Source: Vicugna vicugna (taxonomy: Eukaryota). From it: a stretch of 64,000 nt of DNA. A program made the translations under genes and the position numbers. Positions 59,536-64,000 of the stretch are shown here, one piece after another. The notes below the pieces were generated by a model, which was not told the origin of the DNA, did no database searches, and saw only the letters and a list, made by a program, of their open reading frames with translations. How positions within the stretch are numbered: the stretch's first letter is position 1; each line of letters begins with the position of its first letter. The stretch lies in assembly GCA_013265495.1 (NCBI GenBank), contig MU061538.1:1490001-1554000 (forward strand). Reading direction: 5' to 3'.

Positions 59536-61909
59536 ATACAGACTCTGAAGTTCATGGAGACAAAGGTGCGATGTTCTAGCCAACACACATCCCTGGCATC
59601 AGTGAGCGCTTTCAGGATGACGGATGAATGAACTGAACAACCTTAAACTTCTCTAGGAGAGTGTTTTACACACCAGGGGATTCCTGTGATCCATCTGTAG
59701 GCTTTTCCTTCAGTTTATCTTAATAGTTTTTCCCTTAGTGGTTCCATAACCAAAAGGCCCAGGATGGTCCCTCCTCCTCCAGGAAGCCGCCCTGGGCTCC
59801 TGTCTTTCGTGGTTCTCTGCCCTCCCAATTCTGTGCTGGCCTCAGCGCCTTGGATTTCTGAGCAGAGCCTCTCCTGACATCTCCACATGGGCTCGTTGCC
59901 TTGTAGAAGGTTCTTTGATTTGGGACACCCTAAGACCCTGTGTCTCCTCCCCGGGCAAAGCCTGGGGAATCTGTGCATGACAGGAACGATCTCCCTTCCT
60001 TGTGTCTCCTCCCCTTCCGTTGAGTGGACCCCTTCACTCTGCAGCCACAGACGGCATCATGATGCTGTGCTCTGGCATCAAAACTCTTGAACTTCCTGCA
60101 CAACTTAGAGTAGTGGTCTTTAGCTGTCCTTGCCGGGTCCTTCCTGTCAGGGTGCGAGTGCCTGTCTTTGGCTGTTTAGTTTTACCCCAGGATTGTGTCT
60201 TGCTAGCCAACTTGGACACCTTTCTAGACAAGGATTCTAAACATCTGTGGGGATGGCGTTCACAGGTGCCTCTGGGATACAGATGGTGAGATGGTGACTT
60301 TGCGGCGGTCTCCAAACACATAATACGCAACAGGTAACACCCAGCACGTGACCGAGCGTGGGTCAGAGTTTAGCCCCGCCACTTACTCCCTGTGAGTCCT
60401 AAACAGGAAAAAAATGCCAGCTTCTTTGAATTAGAATAAGAACTGCATGGGAGGATGGACGCAAAGTGCCTAAGTCCCAGCTGGTGGTGAGTGTGCAGGG
60501 AACGTTCCCCGCTCTGGGGCTCCGCAGAGCAGGAAGAGGTCTTCACTTTCTGTTGCATCCTTGCAGCTGCCGGCACAGGGTTGCATGATGCAAGGACTGT
60601 TGTCCAGTGAGAATCGGTGATGCACAGAGAGGTAGCTCTTCCCTGGGGATCTGCTGGTCGCTGGTCTGCAATGAGCAGACAGTAGAAATAGGGTTGCTGG
60701 ACTTCGTGACTGAAAGACTAAAAACGGAGAGTCTCCAGTGAAATCTGAATTTCAAATCAACAATGAATACTTTTTTAGTATAAGCCGATCCCATGTGATA
60801 TTTACCTGGAAACCCTCAATGGAAGGGACTTCAGCGTCACATTCGTGGGTTAATAAAGGCAGAGATGGGGGGGGGTCTGTCTTTCTTCCCATCAGAAAGG
60901 CTTGAGAGATGATAGCCTACCAGGTCGATCGCAGTCCATGATTCACCCCTCTTCATGTGGATTTGCTGCAGACTGTTGACCTAGATCCAAAGCATCTGAT
61001 CCCCAGGAAGACGTGGGGATGCCCCTGAGGCTGAAGACAGGCTGTGACGCCAGGTCCACCTGCCGTACAGTCTTGATTCCCTGGAGCGATTCCATCGGAA
61101 GCTAGAAAGCGCATATGCTGCTCCTTCAAGGCATTTGAAGGTAGATTGAACGTAATTTGAGGTGTCATTTTTCTTCCTCAAATTTGAGACATCTTATCAA
61201 CACGATAAGAACATTTCTTATCACCTGTCTGATCTGATGTGAACTTATTGCATCTTATCAAAAGGTTTCTAAGCCTTTGTGTAAGCAAATGTCACAGCCT
61301 GGCGCTCCTCAGGTTGTGCTTCAAGGAGAACTTCTGAAAACCAAGTTCTCTTCCTCCCTTGCTGACAAATGAGGCCTTTCTCATTCTCCTAGTGGTTCTT
61401 AAGTCTTCCCAGCCAATCAGCAAAATACTTGTTTTTATTATTTATCACCCTCCATGTTGTTTCTCACACTGCTCTGTAGGCAGCCCAGCTGTTCAGAGAG
61501 ACCACAACCAGGTACGAGGTGTGACGAGCCCGGGAGCCCTTTCCTGGTGACAAGGTCCCCGCTAAGTGCCTCTAAAGCTGCTCGTGCTGCGAAACGTATG
61601 TCAGCACGACCTCAAACACTTTTTATGAAGGACTGGCAGCAAGACATTAAAAATGGCAAAAGTGCCTTCAGTCTACAAAAGGATAATCTCCTGAGGTCAT
61701 TTGCTGCACAATCAAGCAAACACTGCCCAGACCGGGCCACCCAGTGGCAGCCAGCCTGGGGGCAGGAGGACAGCTGCTTCCTGATAGGCTGTCGCCGATC
61801 CATGCGTCACCTCCTCTCCCTTCAGCAGAGGGGGCTCTCATGACCCCCAGTGCAGGAAGGATGTGCAGCACGTCCCCTTCATGTGGGGAGAAGCCGACCA
61901 ACATGCTGT

Positions 61910-62495
61910 ATTTTATTTTATTTCATTTTTTCTTTTCATATTCTTTTTCATTGTAAGTTTACTACAGACATTGAATATAGTTCCCTGTGCTGCACAGAAG
62001 AAACTTGCTGCTTATCTGTTTTATATCTAGGAGTGTGTATCTGTGAATCTTCAACTCCCAATTCATCCCTTCTTAGCCCCTTCCCCCCCAGCAAGCATAC
62101 ATTCGTTTACCATGTCTCTGAGTCTATTTCTGTTTTGTAGGTAAGTTCAGTAGTGTCTTCTTTTTCCTTTTTTTTTTAGATTCCACATATAAGTGATATC
62201 ATATGGCATTTTTCTTTCTGTTTCTGGCTTACTTCACTTAGAATGACAATCTCCAGGTCCATCCATGTTGCTGCAAATGGCATTATTTTATTCTTTTTAT
62301 GGCTGAGTAGTACTCCATTGTGTAAATATACCGCAGCTTCTCTATTCAGTCCTCTGTCAGTGGACATTTAGTTGCTTTCATGTCGTGGCTATTGTATATA
62401 GCGCTGCTGTGAGCACTGGGGTGCAGGTGTCTTTTTTGAATTACAGTTCCCTCGGTTATCTGCCCAAAAGTAGGATTGCTGGATCACAGGGTAAT
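61910..62495 (-). mobile_element. LINE-1 3' region, antisense
   Basis: ORF 62176-62367 (-) contains KKNKIMPFAATWMDLEIVILSEVSQ, the L1 ORF2 C-terminus. Ends GGATTGCTGGATCA. Confidence 0.95.
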
Positions 62496-63092
62496 GAACA
62501 CACCGTGTTTTAGAAGTTGAAGTACCTCCATTAGTCAGTCCATAAGAACTGCTTTAAAAAGCTAGAGACAGAAAGAGAAGTAAGGATACAGTGCTTTGCA
62601 GTTTGGAAATCTGAGTCTCCCTCTGTCCCAATCAAATGCCAAGAAACAGTTGTGCCAGTGCCATCCTCAGGCCAGCCAGCAGGGCTGTTACTCCTCTGCT
62701 CAGCATGGCGGGAGGAGAGACACAAGCCTGCAGGACGCAGTGGCATGCGGGGCACACCACCAGCCCGGGCAGCTGAGAGCAGGGACAGCGAGTGCGCAGG
62801 AGGGACAGGCAGCGTTGCCAGAGCGGCGGGGACAGCGGCCCTCTGGCATGGCCCTGTTTCTATGCAGGGTGGGCAGATCCGCTAAGCAATAGTCTCTCTT
62901 GTTAAGTTTATGTGAATAAGAAAGTTAAGTCTCCGGGAGAGGCGGAGGGGGCCGCTCATTCTGGATGGACAGGTCGTGGTGTTTCAGTCTGCGGAGTATT
63001 TGGGGGCTGGATGCCGACATCGTGGTCCCTCCAGAACAGCTGATGCAGACGCCCCCAAAGCTGCAGTAGCTCATGGCAGTGATTTTTAAAGG

Positions 63093-63241
63093 TTTTAAAT
63101 TTACAGTAAAAAAAAAAAAGCATATAATATTTATCACCTGAACCATTTGTAAGTGTACAGTTCACAGTGTCCAGTATATTCACACTGTTCTGAAACAGAG
63201 CTCCAGAATTTTTTCGTCTTGCAAATCTAAAACTGCACACC
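63093..63241 (-). mobile_element. L1MB-like 3' end, antisense
   Basis: AACCATTTGTAAGTGTACAGTTCA...TATATTCACACTGTT...CTCCAGAATTTTTTCGTCTTGCAAATCTAAAACT. Confidence 0.8.
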
Positions 63242-64000
63242 CTCTTTCCACTGCCCGAGTAGTGGGCGAGGAGACATCTGAGGAAGCTGAGGCTGGGGTC
63301 TCAACCAGGCTAAATGAGTCAGACACTGTCAGCACGGAGTGGGGGCAGTCCCCTGGGTGTTTCTTGCTATGAAGTCAGAACGGAGAATCCCGTTATAGAA
63401 TCTGGGAGCACGGAAAGTGTAACATCAAATCAGAGAGGAGCACTTTGGCTGCAGGAGAGGAATTTTGCTTTGCTCAAGGGCTTTCTCCAGGTGGCTCTAC
63501 CGCATGACCCTTGGAGGAAGTGACCTTGGAATTCAAAGTGGTGGGACTCTCCAAACAGAGAATCAGGAGGAGGGCGGGCATGGGATCCGACTCTTCAGGA
63601 CGGGAAGGTGCTCTGCGGGGAAGGATGCGGCGGAGTCGCCGGGGCCGTGGGCGCGGGTGCATCTGTTTTACGAGGTAAAGAGACGACTCGATCGCTGTAA
63701 GCTCAACGCGCTTGCGGCGCGCGTCTGACTGCCGCCGCTGACCGTGAGGCCACGGGTGTGTGCCTGAGCTCCCCCACCTCAGCTCCTCCTCTGCTGGATT
63801 CCTGGATTAAATGAGATAATAAAAGGTAATACAATAATGTAGTGTTGTAAATTGTAAAACCTGCATGAAACGGCACTCTGTCTACTTCCGTGGGAGATAT
63901 CCATTGTTTAACTCTGCCATTGACCTGCTGGTCCAGCACCCCTCCCTAGCCACACCAAGCACATGGCGTCCTGATGAAAAAGGGGCATGGGGAGATCCAC

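Noticed and set aside
62176..62367. Small protein genes (also ORFs 47551-47760 and 11635-11850)
   Set aside because: These are translations of L1 ORF2 C-terminal remnants within truncated LINE-1 copies.
1..64000. A novel prokaryotic-type system (operon, defence island, CRISPR-Cas, retron)
   Set aside because: The sequence is mammalian (L1, MIR, L2, MLT1, MER elements). There is no gene-dense architecture and no recognisable enzyme domain.

Overview
This is eukaryotic DNA, not prokaryotic: a GC-rich mammalian region, most likely from a camelid (alpaca, vicuna or camel), judged by three tRNA-Ala-derived SINEs resembling the camelid vic-1 family. I recognise no intact protein-coding gene. The ORF track is mostly GC-driven noise plus L1 ORF2 remnants and repeat-derived frames. 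The window holds interspersed repeats (L1 3' ends, an old L1, MLT1 LTRs, MER33, MER58B, MIR, L2, SINEs), two minisatellites and several AT-rich, homeodomain/TALE/Forkhead motif-dense blocks that look like enhancers. The best leads are (i) two apparently decayed gene remnants with good splice signals (minus strand ~4.9-8.1 kb, plus strand ~22.4-24.7 kb), (ii) RFX X-box motifs near them, (iii) an L1 copy with a striking AT-to-GC substitution bias versus sibling copies in the window, and (iv) a hierarchical minisatellite that has captured its own flank. No CRISPR, operon or novel prokaryotic system is supported. Repeat names come from recalled consensus sequences, boundaries are approximate, and both need RepeatMasker/Dfam confirmation.
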